From an uncultured Candidatus Saccharibacteria bacterium (lineage in GTDB: Bacteria; Patescibacteriota; Saccharimonadia; Saccharimonadales; Saccharimonadaceae), in the NCBI GenBank assembly GCA_964428955.1, contig CAYSAD010000001.1, positions 19,561-83,560 of the forward strand: a DNA stretch of 64,000 bases, written 5' to 3'. The position numbers were made by a program, and so were the translations under genes. A model generated the notes under the pieces. That model did not search any database. It was not told the origin of the DNA and was given only the letters and a program-made list of their open reading frames with translations. This document shows, piece by piece, positions 16,528-25,972 of the stretch (the first letter of the stretch is position 1; every line of letters starts with the position of its first letter).

Positions 16528-18312
16528 ATGCGTATTTCCGATGCAACCATGGAACAAATGCTCGAGCGCAGTGGTGTGGCTACTAAAGAGCAGCTTGAAA
16601 CTCTCAAAGATGAGAGCATTCATTCACGTCAGCCATTGCAAGACATCGTCATTGACAAAAAATTGATGGACGAAAAAACCATCGTTAAAGCCTTCGCCGA
16701 TTACACCCAGATTCCATTCATCGAACTGGACCCGCACGATATTCCTTCGGCAGTTCTCATGAAAATTCCTGAACGTATCGCCAGACAATACAACACTATT
16801 TTGTTCCAAATCGACGACGACGGCACAATGCATATGGCGATGGAAGATCCTGATGACGTCCAAGCGCTCAATTTCATCCAAAAAGAAATCGGTGAAAATA
16901 CCAAAGTCTATATTGCCACACATGAGAACATTTTAGCTTGTCTCGAAAATTATCGCGGTGATGTGAACGAAGAACTGAACGAGGTTATCGACATCCAACG
17001 TGAGGGGACCCCGGGTGACACTCAAACCGTGTCGGAAGATGATATCGCCGAAGATTCGCCAATTGCTCAGACCGTCAACCTATTACTGGAATATGCCGTT
17101 CGTTCCAATGCTAGCGACATCCACATCGAGCCACGCGAGGATTTCGTGCAGATTCGCTATCGTATCGATGGCGTCTTACAAGAAGTTAATCGCCTGCCGC
17201 GCAACGTGCTCAATGCGTTGATTAGTCGTATTAAGATTTTGTCGAATCTGAAGATTGACGAGCGACGCGTACCACAGGATGGCCGTTTCAAGATAAAGGT
17301 TGGTGGCAAGCAATATGCTTTTCGTGTCAGCACACTACCTATTACCGATGGCGAAAAGGTCGCTATGCGTATCCTTGATGAAAGTAATGATGCCTTAACA
17401 CTCGAGCAACTCGGCTATTGGGGCAAATCACTAGCGACCATGAATGATGCATTGACTGAACCAAACGGTATGATCCTTGTGACCGGACCGACTGGTTCTG
17501 GAAAGTCAACCAGTCTGTTCAGTGTCCTGACCCGCATGAACACGCCAGACGTCAACATCTCGACGATTGAGGATCCGGTTGAATATAAAATTCCCGGTGT
17601 CAATCAAACCCAGACTAATTCAAAAGCTGGCATGACATTCGCTAACGGCCTCCGTTCGCTACTGCGTCAAGACCCGAATATCATTATGGTTGGTGAGATT
17701 CGCGACAGCGAGACGGCCGACCTGGCCGTTCAAGCAGCCCTGACTGGCCACTTGGTTTTTACCACTTTGCACACCAATAATGCCGCCACTACTCTACCGC
17801 GACTACTCGACATGCAAGTTGAACCGTTCTTAATCGCCAGTACTGTCAAAGCAGTCATCGGTCAACGATTGGTCCGACGATTGTGTATGGTTTGTCGCCA
17901 AAAATATCAACCGACCGCAGCTGAAAATCAAACCGTCGTCGAATTGTTTCACCTGCGTGAGGGTCAAGACTTTAAGTACATTCATCAACTCGAAGTTGAT
18001 GCAAACAAAGAACATGTCGGTGGTGATACACCACTAGGTTCAACCGACCAAGGAGTTGAGACGTTATGGAAGGCTACAATCGGAGGTTGTGATGACTGCA
18101 ATCATACCGGCTACAAAGGCCGGGTTGGTATTTACGAGGCGCTTGGTAACACTATACCCATCCAGAAGCTCATCATGGCTGGCGCAACCAGCAGTGAAAT
18201 CCAAGATAAAGCAATTAGTGAAGGTATGATTACCATGCAGACCGATGGTCTCATAAAAGCGCTCCGTGGCGAGACGACGGTCGAAGAAATTATACGAGCG
18301 ACCAAGGAATAA
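16528..18312 (+). CDS. pilB: Type IV pilus assembly ATPase PilB (GspE family)
   Basis: 594 aa. Walker A GPTGSGKST, Asp box, and a tetracysteine motif (CMVCRQ...CDDCNHTGYKGR). N-terminal T2SSE_N-like domain. Confidence 0.93.
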   Translation: MRISDATMEQMLERSGVATKEQLETLKDESIHSRQPLQDIVIDKKLMDEKTIVKAFADYTQIPFIELDPHDIPSAVLMKIPERIARQYNTILFQIDDDGTMHMAMEDPDDVQALNFIQKEIGENTKVYIATHENILACLENYRGDVNEELNEVIDIQREGTPGDTQTVSEDDIAEDSPIAQTVNLLLEYAVRSNASDIHIEPREDFVQIRYRIDGVLQEVNRLPRNVLNALISRIKILSNLKIDERRVPQDGRFKIKVGGKQYAFRVSTLPITDGEKVAMRILDESNDALTLEQLGYWGKSLATMNDALTEPNGMILVTGPTGSGKSTSLFSVLTRMNTPDVNISTIEDPVEYKIPGVNQTQTNSKAGMTFANGLRSLLRQDPNIIMVGEIRDSETADLAVQAALTGHLVFTTLHTNNAATTLPRLLDMQVEPFLIASTVKAVIGQRLVRRLCMVCRQKYQPTAAENQTVVELFHLREGQDFKYIHQLEVDANKEHVGGDTPLGSTDQGVETLWKATIGGCDDCNHTGYKGRVGIYEALGNTIPIQKLIMAGATSSEIQDKAISEGMITMQTDGLIKALRGETTVEEIIRATKE

Positions 18313-18313
18313 T

Positions 18314-19540
18314 ATGGCACGCTTCGAATACATCGCCACAAATACACAGGGCAAACCGGTCAAAGGCAGTCTCGATGTAACCGATCGTGCCGCGGCGATG
18401 GGAATACTTGCTAAGCAACACTTGCGGCCGATTAGCATCAAAGAAAAAAGTGGGGGCGGAAAATTCAATTTCAATGATTTTTTGGGCGGCGACAAGGTTA
18501 AATCCGATGATTTGGTCATTTTTACCCGTCAACTCAGCACCATGATTGGCGCTGGTGTACCACTGTTGCGCGGCATTAATTCCCTATACTCCCACGCCGA
18601 AAACCCGGCATTAAAGAAGATTCTGAGCAATGTCATCAAAGATGTCGAAGCTGGTGACGGGCTGGGTGATGCCCTGTCAAAATATCCTAACACCTTTAAT
18701 GACGTCTACGTCAACATGGTACGAGCCGGTGAAGCAGCCGGTATTCTCGACGAGATTTTGAAACGATTGGCTCTGCAACAGGAAAAGAACTCTTCGATTC
18801 GCAAAAGCATCAAAAGCGCCATGATATACCCAACAGTGCTGATGACGATTATGACCATTGCGTTCTTTGGCCTGATGATATTTGTCATTCCACAAATCGG
18901 CAATATCTTGACGGGACTCGGCGGGCCGGACGCTAAGTTGCCACTTATCACCCGTATCATGCTCGGTATCAGCTCGTTCATGGTTCATTTCTGGTTCGTT
19001 CTGATTCCGATCGTCGTCGGCATTGTCGTGCTTATAGCTCGCTACCTCAAGACGCCGAGCGGCCGATCACAATTCCATCATCTCATCCTGAAGATTCCTG
19101 GCATAAACGACGTTATCCGCAAAGTTGCAGTGGCTCGCTTTGCTCGGACTTTCTCGGCTTTAATGGGAGCAGGTGTGGCCGTCCTCGAAGCCCTTAGTGT
19201 CACTGGCCATGCGATCGGCAACGTTGCTTACGAAGACGCCCTGCTTGCCGCCGGTCAGGAAGTGAAGAACGGTAAACAACTCTCTAGCGTGATTGAAGGT
19301 TACGAGAGTCTATTCCCAGCCATCGTCGCCCAAATGCTGGCTGTCGGTGAAGAAACCGGCCAAACCGACACGGTACTTATAAAAGTGGCTGACTTCTACG
19401 AAGAAGAGGTTGACGTTGCCATCAAGGGCCTCAGTTCCATCATCGAACCAGTCATGATTCTCATTATGGGAACGGCAGTCGGCCTGATTGCTGCCAGTGT
19501 CATGGTACCGATTGCCAGCCTGTCGCAAAGTATCAAATAG
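18314..19540 (+). CDS. pilC: Type IV pilus platform protein PilC (GspF family)
   Basis: Starts MARFEYIATNTQGKPVKGSLD at ATG 18314, after AAGGAAT. Two T2SSF repeats and 3 TM helices. Confidence 0.92.
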   Translation: MARFEYIATNTQGKPVKGSLDVTDRAAAMGILAKQHLRPISIKEKSGGGKFNFNDFLGGDKVKSDDLVIFTRQLSTMIGAGVPLLRGINSLYSHAENPALKKILSNVIKDVEAGDGLGDALSKYPNTFNDVYVNMVRAGEAAGILDEILKRLALQQEKNSSIRKSIKSAMIYPTVLMTIMTIAFFGLMIFVIPQIGNILTGLGGPDAKLPLITRIMLGISSFMVHFWFVLIPIVVGIVVLIARYLKTPSGRSQFHHLILKIPGINDVIRKVAVARFARTFSALMGAGVAVLEALSVTGHAIGNVAYEDALLAAGQEVKNGKQLSSVIEGYESLFPAIVAQMLAVGEETGQTDTVLIKVADFYEEEVDVAIKGLSSIIEPVMILIMGTAVGLIAASVMVPIASLSQSIK

Positions 19541-19599
19541 CCGCTGGCAAAGCATACCGCTCATGCTATAATGACAGATAAGCAACCAAGTGGGCATCA

Positions 19600-20652
19600 A
19601 TGGCTAAATTATTCTATCACGACAAACCAATCATCGGACTCGACATCAGCCAGACTGGCATGAAAGTCATGGCTATTGATTACAAAAAATGGCAAGTGAC
19701 TGGTTACGGTTCGATTGATCTTGACCCACAAAAAGTCCAAGAAGCGCTTGATGGTGGCAGTACTTATCTCGACGACAACTTGCGCTCGCTTTTGAAAGAG
19801 AACCTGGTCGGCGAACTAGCTAGCCCACACACGGTTCTGGGTGTTCCGACTGGCCGGACGTTCTCGCGGACCTTCACAATCCCCGCCTCAACCGAAAATA
19901 CGCTAAAGGATGCCGTTGAGATTGAGGTTGATCAATACATTCCAATCCCGATGGCCGCGTTGTATGTTGATTGGGAAATTATTGAACGTAACAAAGAGAC
20001 TATCACGGTTCTAATGTCAGCCGTACCGCGAACATTGATCGACAGCTGCCTGACTATCGCCGAAAATGCCGGCCTGACCGTTAGTATGATCGAACCAAGT
20101 ATCAGCGCCGTCGCTCGGGTTCTGGAACATACCGAGGACGGTCATTTGCCTACGGTCATCATCGATATCGGTTCAGCCAGCACTGATATTGCCGTACTCG
20201 ACGGCTCAATTCGCGTGACCGGTGGCGTCGGAATCGGCGGCAACACATTCACGCTGTCTATCGCTAAAAAAATGAATATCGCCCTAGAAAATGCTCATCA
20301 GCTAAAAGTACTGAATGGCCTGGCCGCTGGTAATCGTCAAGCTAAAATCCAGACAGCCCTAAAACCAAACCTCGATCGGATATTGTCAGAAACTCGTAAG
20401 GTGATCCGCTACTATAATGAGCGCTTGAGTAGCGATAGGAAGATTGAGCAAGTCCTGGTGGTAGGTGCTGGGAGCAACGTACCTGGAATCGGCGATTATT
20501 TTACCGATAACCTAGTGATGCCGGCCCGCGTCGCTAACCCCTGGCAGAAACTTGATTTCGGCCACCTTCCCCAACCAGCTAAACAGTTTCGCCCACGGTA
20601 TATCACCGTGGCGGGTCTAGCCAGTGTAACCCCCGAGGCGATTTGGCAATGA
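19600..20652 (+). CDS. pilM: Type IV pilus assembly protein PilM (actin-like ATPase)
   Basis: 350 aa. IGLDISQTGMKVMAI N-terminus and an actin/FtsA-like fold signature. Sits immediately before pilN with an ATGA overlap. Confidence 0.85.
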   Translation: MAKLFYHDKPIIGLDISQTGMKVMAIDYKKWQVTGYGSIDLDPQKVQEALDGGSTYLDDNLRSLLKENLVGELASPHTVLGVPTGRTFSRTFTIPASTENTLKDAVEIEVDQYIPIPMAALYVDWEIIERNKETITVLMSAVPRTLIDSCLTIAENAGLTVSMIEPSISAVARVLEHTEDGHLPTVIIDIGSASTDIAVLDGSIRVTGGVGIGGNTFTLSIAKKMNIALENAHQLKVLNGLAAGNRQAKIQTALKPNLDRILSETRKVIRYYNERLSSDRKIEQVLVVGAGSNVPGIGDYFTDNLVMPARVANPWQKLDFGHLPQPAKQFRPRYITVAGLASVTPEAIWQ

Positions 20653-21197
20653 TTAACCTACTACCGGAAGAGCAGAAGAGACAAATCAAGGCCGCCCGGT
20701 CTAACGTGCTTTTGATTCGTTATAATTTGATGCTACTTGGCGTGTTGGTTTTTCTTGGACTGGCACTCGCGATTAGCTATTACTTCCTTATTAGCGCCAA
20801 AACAACGGCTGAAACGACTATCAAAGACAATTCAGCCAAAGAGAGTACGTACGCTCAAGTGAAAGTTGAAGCTGACCAATTCCGCGTCAAGCTTGGCGAC
20901 GCTAACACGGTGCTCAACGGACAACTCCGTTATTCAAAAGCAGCCCTGGCTATCGGCCATTTGATTCCAAACGGCGCGGCACTTGAGAACCTTAAACTTG
21001 ACGCATCGAGTTTTAATACGCCGACGACATTTACCTTTGACGTTTCTGGTGAAACGGCGGCGGCAAACTTGATTCAGAACTTCAACAGTTCGCCACTTTT
21101 TTCAGGTGTCACTAAAGGAAAGATTTCAAAAGGCAGCGGTAGTTATCCATACACGATTGACTTGACGATGATAATCAATAGGGAAGCTGCCACGTGA
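20649..21197 (+). CDS. pilN: PilN-like fimbrial assembly protein
   Basis: MINLLPEEQKRQ followed by a single TM helix, the classic PilN N-terminus. ATG 20649 overlaps the pilM TGA; the ORF-track start 20643 is TTG. Confidence 0.7.
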   Translation: MINLLPEEQKRQIKAARSNVLLIRYNLMLLGVLVFLGLALAISYYFLISAKTTAETTIKDNSAKESTYAQVKVEADQFRVKLGDANTVLNGQLRYSKAALAIGHLIPNGAALENLKLDASSFNTPTTFTFDVSGETAAANLIQNFNSSPLFSGVTKGKISKGSGSYPYTIDLTMIINREAAT

Positions 21198-21793
21198 GCG
21201 AACAATTATCACGCCTGAGCGCCTCGTTGCTTCGGATGATCCTAATTGTCTCGATGCTAGCTATCGTTGCCGTCGGTGTTGGTGGTTTTGTGTTCGGCCG
21301 AGGCGTCTTAAGAGACTACGCCATCGATGTCAGCAAGAAAAACGTTGACGCCGACGCTAGCAACGGTAACCTTGATGCCCTCAGTCACACCAAACAAGAG
21401 CTTGCTGCCAATCAAGACGTTATCGCTAAGATCAACGCCTTGCGATCAACCAGTCGATTTCCTGAGTTCCAAATCGTCGATGACGTTAAGAACTACGCTG
21501 AGAAAAATGGCCTAAGCGTGACAACGTTCGATTACATCGATCCGACTTCCGCTACACCAGCCACTGGCCAAACTACCACGCCTACAGCCGCTCAGCCAGT
21601 GACCCAAAGCAATACGATCGCTCTCAGCGTGACACTCAAATCGCCCGTTAACTATAAAGCACTCTTACAATTCATCTACGATGTCGAGCAGAGTCTGCCA
21701 AAAATGCAACTACAGGGCTTGAGTATAAGTAAGGCTGATAATCCGAATCAGGTTGAAGTCGATCCGATCATTATTGAAATGTACAAGGACTAA
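21194..21793 (+). CDS. PilO-like bitopic membrane protein
   Basis: 199 aa. The GTG start overlaps the pilN TGA. N-terminal TM helix, then a coiled-coil-like segment. Called from position and topology only. Confidence 0.45.
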   Translation: MSEQLSRLSASLLRMILIVSMLAIVAVGVGGFVFGRGVLRDYAIDVSKKNVDADASNGNLDALSHTKQELAANQDVIAKINALRSTSRFPEFQIVDDVKNYAEKNGLSVTTFDYIDPTSATPATGQTTTPTAAQPVTQSNTIALSVTLKSPVNYKALLQFIYDVEQSLPKMQLQGLSISKADNPNQVEVDPIIIEMYKD

Positions 21794-21798
21794 TTAGC

Positions 21799-22083
21799 AT
21801 GGATATATCAATCTCACCAACCGCCATCAAATCGTTTGCCAGCCGTTTTCTCAGGCGTTACCACGTCGTCGTGTTCGTCGTTTTCGCACTCGGTAGTTTA
21901 GCCATAGCTATTTTCTCTCTTGGACAAGTTATCAGTCTTTCCGATAAGGCTAACGGTTACGTTTCGAATCAAAACAATACTTCCTTCGACCAAGCAACGA
22001 TTGAACGCTTACGAGGACTGAAAAACTCATCGGAAAGTACTGAAAAACTCAACTTTCCTGACGGTCGTGTCAATCCATTCTAG
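21799..22083 (+). CDS. Small bitopic membrane protein in the pilus cluster, hypothetical
   Basis: 94 aa, one TM helix. AAGGA SD. Confidence 0.5.
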   Translation: MDISISPTAIKSFASRFLRRYHVVVFVVFALGSLAIAIFSLGQVISLSDKANGYVSNQNNTSFDQATIERLRGLKNSSESTEKLNFPDGRVNPF

Positions 22084-22106
22084 TAGCCAAGTTACTATAA
22101 AAGAAT

Positions 22107-22112
22107 TATACT
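22107..22112 (+). promoter_or_regulatory. -10 TATACT 6 nt upstream of ATG 22119 (leaderless-type)
   Basis: TATACT at 22107-22112. Spacer GATAGT. Confidence 0.4.
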
Positions 22113-22118
22113 GATAGT

Positions 22119-22715
22119 ATGCTCGTACGTAACGATCAGTTGCAAGATACACCGGTCATGAGCCTACAGACCGGCACTGAACTGGCCCGTACCAAACTGC
22201 CTATTATCGATCCACGTAATCTTACCATCGTGGCCTACGAAGTCGACGGTCCACTGCTCGACGTCAAACCTTCAATTCTGCGGATTGCCGACGTACGCGA
22301 GCTGTCCGATATAGGCATGATTGTCGACTCCAGCGACGAGTTTATCACACCCAATGACGTCATTAAAATAAAAGAAGTGTACAATCTGCATTTTCCACTT
22401 CTAAGTCTCGCCGTCATAGATGAACGCAAACGAAAGCTCGGCAAAGTTGACAGCTATACAGTAGAAATGGGTAGTTTCGTTATCCAACAGATTTCGGTAC
22501 GCCGACCGCTACTAAAAAGTCTGAGTGATGCCGAGTTATTGATTCACCGCTCACAAATCATTGAAATAAATGATACGACAATTATCGTTAAAAGTATCAC
22601 GAAAGAAGCCAAAGACCCCGTACCGGAGAATGTCCGTGCCTACGTCAATCCATTTCGCGGCACACCAGGTAAAGCCCAACCCGAAACTATTAATAATAGC
22701 CGCGACGACGATTAA
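22119..22715 (+). CDS. Hypothetical protein, possibly a tandem PRC-barrel
   Basis: 198 aa. Two similar beta-rich halves (VMSLQTGTELARTK..., LGKVDSYTVEMGSFVIQQI...) are reminiscent of PRC-barrel/YlmC-like domains. Weak by-eye call. Confidence 0.4.
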   Translation: MLVRNDQLQDTPVMSLQTGTELARTKLPIIDPRNLTIVAYEVDGPLLDVKPSILRIADVRELSDIGMIVDSSDEFITPNDVIKIKEVYNLHFPLLSLAVIDERKRKLGKVDSYTVEMGSFVIQQISVRRPLLKSLSDAELLIHRSQIIEINDTTIIVKSITKEAKDPVPENVRAYVNPFRGTPGKAQPETINNSRDDD

Positions 22716-23344
22716 TCTTCACTCAGCGCGGTTTTGATGTCATCATAGCTAAAGCCCTGCCGAGCCAAGTACTGCATGAGCTTTTGCTCGTCAGGATATC
22801 TGTTTCGCTTTTTGATAATAATCTTCGTGAGTTCGTCCTTATCGGATCGGTCTGAATCAGCCAGCTGTTCATCGATGATAGATTGATTGACTCCTTTGGC
22901 GCGAAGCTCGGCGATAAGCTTGCGCCGGCTCGTGCCCTTGGTGAGATTGCGGTTTTCTACCCAATAGTGGGTGAACTTTTCATCGTCGATGTAACCTCTT
23001 TCGCTCAAGCGGTCGAACACCCGGGTGGTGATTTCCGGTGCGACACCTTTTCTGAGCTCGCCGGTTTTCGTAGGTGTGTCGCGTGTTTTGCGGTACAGAT
23101 AATCGCGTACCTCTTTGGCGCTATGCGGCCGCATCAGACAGTATTCGAGCGCCCGGCCGTAGAGTTTGCCGAACTGGCTCTCGGTCTCGAGTTTGTTCAG
23201 TTCTTCTTCGCTGTAGTCATTGCCGATTTTTAATCCCAGTTCGCCGACTTGGAAGACGTCAAGCGAAAAACGATACGTACCCTCGACCGAGACGTTGACA
23301 CGGTCTTTGTTCTTGGCCTGCAGAGAGATGTCAGTGATTTTCAT
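22712..23344 (-). CDS. recX: RecA regulator RecX
   Basis: 210 aa. Repeated three-helix RecX pattern (ALEYCLMRPHSAKEVRDYL, ...YWVENR...). Located downstream of recA. Confidence 0.85.
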   Translation of the reverse strand: MKITDISLQAKNKDRVNVSVEGTYRFSLDVFQVGELGLKIGNDYSEEELNKLETESQFGKLYGRALEYCLMRPHSAKEVRDYLYRKTRDTPTKTGELRKGVAPEITTRVFDRLSERGYIDDEKFTHYWVENRNLTKGTSRRKLIAELRAKGVNQSIIDEQLADSDRSDKDELTKIIIKKRNRYPDEQKLMQYLARQGFSYDDIKTALSED

Positions 23345-23663
23345 CGAGCCACTGTTTCAAACGGGGAATAGTGTCGTCAGGAAAGTCAGAATATACGTCT
23401 GAAACATCCCCCCGTCTTTCCACTCCGCCGCGCCGCAGAGCCGGAATGACGGTGACGACGCCAGGAAAGCCGCCGTTTTTAGGAGCCGGAAATCCCAGCC
23501 CCTGTACGACATCTGCGAGCTGCAAAGCAAGACGAAGTCGTCGATCTCGGATACGCGGTATGTCACCTGAGGACATTCCTTCTGGCGACCATGAATAATC
23601 TTTCGTCTCAAACGAACCCTGCCGTACCACATATCCTACGAATCGTTCAGGGTTCTGGCTCAT
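23331..23663 (-). CDS. Hypothetical protein inserted between recA and recX
   Basis: 110 aa from ATG 23663, 5 nt after the recA stop. Its 3' end overlaps the recX start by 14 nt. Visibly GC-rich; no family recognised. Confidence 0.55.
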   Translation of the reverse strand: MSQNPERFVGYVVRQGSFETKDYSWSPEGMSSGDIPRIRDRRLRLALQLADVVQGLGFPAPKNGGFPGVVTVIPALRRGGVERRGDVSDVYSDFPDDTIPRLKQWLDENH

Positions 23664-23668
23664 CAACT

Positions 23669-24706
23669 TTATGCCTCGACTTCAACAACCTTAGCGCGGA
23701 CTTTCTTTTCGATTTCGGCGAGAACCTTCGGATTCTCTTTCAAGTAGACCTTGACGGCTTCGCGGCCCTGGCCGATCTTAGCGTCGTTGTAATCAAACCA
23801 GGCGCCAGCCTTGCCGACGATACCGTGTTCGACCGCCAAGTCGAGTACGTCGCCGGTCTTTGAGATGCCTTCGTTGTACATGATGTCAAACTCAGCGATT
23901 CTGAACGGCGGCGCGATCTTGTTCTTGACGACTTTGACTTTCGTCCGATTACCAATGATATCTTCGCCAGACTTTAGCTGACCAATGCGACGGATATCTA
24001 AACGGACTGATGCGTAGAACTTCAGCGCATTACCACCAGTTGTGGTTTCGGGATTGCCGAACATAACGCCAATTTTCATGCGGATCTGGTTGATGAAAAT
24101 AACCGTTGTCTTACTCTTGCTAATAATACCAGTCAGTTTTCGCAACGCTTGGCTCATGAGCCGAGCCTGCAGACCCATATGACTGTCACCCATGTCGCCA
24201 TCGATTTCAGCTTGCGGAACCAGCGCCGCCACTGAGTCAACCACGACTAAATCAACCGCATTGGAGCGTACTAATGTTTCGGCAATTTCCAATGCCTGTT
24301 CGCCATTGTCTGGCTGTGAAACCAGTAAGTTATCGGTATCAACGCCAAGTCGTTTGGCGTAAGCTGGATCAAGCGCGTGCTCGGCGTCAATAAATGCTGC
24401 CGTACCACCTTGACGTTGAATCTCAGCGATAGCATGCAGTGTTAGGGTCGTTTTACCACTACTTTCCGGTCCATAAATTTCTATAACGCGGCCTTTCGGA
24501 TAACCGCCACCAAGTGCCAGATCCAGACTCAGCGCACCACTAGAAAGCAGTTCAACATCGACTTTCTTCGCCTCGCCTAGCTTCATAATCGACCCATCAC
24601 CAAATTGCTTGGTAATCTGATCCATTGCCAGACCAAGTGCTTTCAATTTACCCTCAGTATCAGGTTTGTCGCGTGACATTGCTTCTTTTTCAGCCTTTTT
24701 CGCCAT
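23669..24706 (-). CDS. recA: Recombinase RecA
   Basis: 345 aa. [10 protein letters not shown] Walker A and [23 protein letters not shown]2 region. Confidence 0.98.
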   Translation of the reverse strand: MAKKAEKEAMSRDKPDTEGKLKALGLAMDQITKQFGDGSIMKLGEAKKVDVELLSSGALSLDLALGGGYPKGRVIEIYGPESSGKTTLTLHAIAEIQRQGGTAAFIDAEHALDPAYAKRLGVDTDNLLVSQPDNGEQALEIAETLVRSNAVDLVVVDSVAALVPQAEIDGDMGDSHMGLQARLMSQALRKLTGIISKSKTTVIFINQIRMKIGVMFGNPETTTGGNALKFYASVRLDIRRIGQLKSGEDIIGNRTKVKVVKNKIAPPFRIAEFDIMYNEGISKTGDVLDLAVEHGIVGKAGAWFDYNDAKIGQGREAVKVYLKENPKVLAEIEKKVRAKVVEVEA

Positions 24707-24785
24707 ATCTGTCCCCTCTTTTATCTCTGTACATATTATACGTTTTATTGCAAAAATTTGCTATGTCTCCAGCACCATTCCATCG

Positions 24786-24794
24786 TGGTATAAT
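24786..24794 (+). promoter_or_regulatory. Extended -10 (TGgTATAAT) 8 nt upstream of the pilin ATG (leaderless-type)
   Basis: TG at 24786-24787, TATAAT at 24789-24794, ATG at 24803. No SD in AGAGCCTA. Confidence 0.5.
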
Positions 24795-24802
24795 AGAGCC
24801 TA

Positions 24803-25225
24803 ATGAAACAACGTGGGTTTACAGTTATCGAACTACTGGTGGTGACGGCATTTTTGATTTTCGCTGGAATTTTATTCTTCGTTCAGAAAAATAATGTCGA
24901 AGTTGCCGGTCGCGATAACGAACGTAAAACCGCCATCAATGCCATATACTATAGCCTAGAAAAAGCCTACTATAGTGAGCACAGTTATTATCCATCTCAG
25001 GTTGATGAGACAATCCTACCAACGGTCGACCCTGATTTATTCACCGATCCAAACGGCGTGAAACTCGGTCAAACCAATGAGACAATTGGTGACCAGCAAG
25101 TACCAGTTCAGTCCGATTATCGCTACGAACCGACTAATTGTGATAACGACAAATGCAAGAGTTATACCCTACGAGCTGACTTGGAAAAAGAAGCCGACTA
25201 CGTCAAAACCAGTCTACACCACTAG
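24803..25225 (+). CDS. pilA: Type IV pilin (prepilin N-terminal cleavage/methylation domain)
   Basis: MKQRG/FTVIELLVV class III signal peptide with Glu at +5 and a hydrophobic alpha1-N helix. Two C-terminal Cys (CDNDKC). Confidence 0.88.
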   Translation: MKQRGFTVIELLVVTAFLIFAGILFFVQKNNVEVAGRDNERKTAINAIYYSLEKAYYSEHSYYPSQVDETILPTVDPDLFTDPNGVKLGQTNETIGDQQVPVQSDYRYEPTNCDNDKCKSYTLRADLEKEADYVKTSLHH

Positions 25226-25226
25226 G

Positions 25227-25952
25227 CTATTCGACGGCGCGACCAAGCTTAAAGGCTTCGACGGCATTGTTCAACAGGGCAATCTGCTCTTTCGGCCGCC
25301 ACACGTAGTGAAACCGGTAGGTCGTTTCGTCACCCTGAGTCGAAAGACGAATTGTACCATAGTCAAACAACACTTGAATAAATCCGTTTTGCCGGAAACT
25401 GGCATCCTCGATATTCTCCAAGCTAACCGTCTGTTCGCGCTTATTAAATAGGCTGGTTTGAATATTCTGTATGACACTTTCATTAGTGAGAAAGAATTTA
25501 TTATTCACATACACCCAGACAGCTACATAGCCACCGATAGCGAACAGTAGCAGAAACAAAAACCCGACCAACATGATGTCACCGGTACGTGGCAAGCTAA
25601 TATTAGTAGACGTTGTTAGAGAGTCGGTCATCGTCGGGTACAATGCCAGTATGATGATGACTATTATCATCAATAAAGCCGTTATAAAAATTGGAACGAT
25701 CAATCCGATCGGGTGACGGCGAACGGCACTAATAACGTGTTCGCCTTCGCTCAGATTCAAAGACGGATAAAGTTTCATCGAAGCATCGTGCTTGGCCTTC
25801 AGTTCATCACTGACGACCAATTTTTTTACCTCAAGTGGTCTGGTTACGTGAACGTTGTCCATGTCTACTTTGGCTTGCACTGGCGGATGAGCATAAAGCG
25901 GCTGGCCATCGGCGTCATAGGCAACTGGCTGATCGTAATCATCTGTTTTCAT
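25227..25952 (-). CDS. Membrane protein with bacterial PH (bPH_2/YdbT-like) domain
   Basis: 241 aa. Two central TM helices followed by a region resembling the DUF304/bPH_2 fold. Weak family call. Confidence 0.5.
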   Translation of the reverse strand: MKTDDYDQPVAYDADGQPLYAHPPVQAKVDMDNVHVTRPLEVKKLVVSDELKAKHDASMKLYPSLNLSEGEHVISAVRRHPIGLIVPIFITALLMIIVIIILALYPTMTDSLTTSTNISLPRTGDIMLVGFLFLLLFAIGGYVAVWVYVNNKFFLTNESVIQNIQTSLFNKREQTVSLENIEDASFRQNGFIQVLFDYGTIRLSTQGDETTYRFHYVWRPKEQIALLNNAVEAFKLGRAVE

Positions 25953-25958
25953 AGCACT

Positions 25959-25964
25959 AGTATA
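25959..25964 (-). promoter_or_regulatory. -10 TATACT 6 nt upstream of ATG 25952 (leaderless-type)
   Basis: Plus-strand AGTATA at 25959-25964. Confidence 0.4.
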
Positions 25965-25972
25965 ACATTACG

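Noticed and set aside
16469-16546. 26-aa N-terminal extension of TsaE
   Set aside because: It would overlap the divergent pilB start. ATG 16468 has TGgTATACT 7 nt upstream, and homology starts there.
18266-18313. 16-aa N-terminal extension of PilC
   Set aside because: It lies inside the pilB 3' end. ATG 18314 follows AAGGAAT, directly after the pilB stop, and gives the conserved PilC N-terminus MARFEY.
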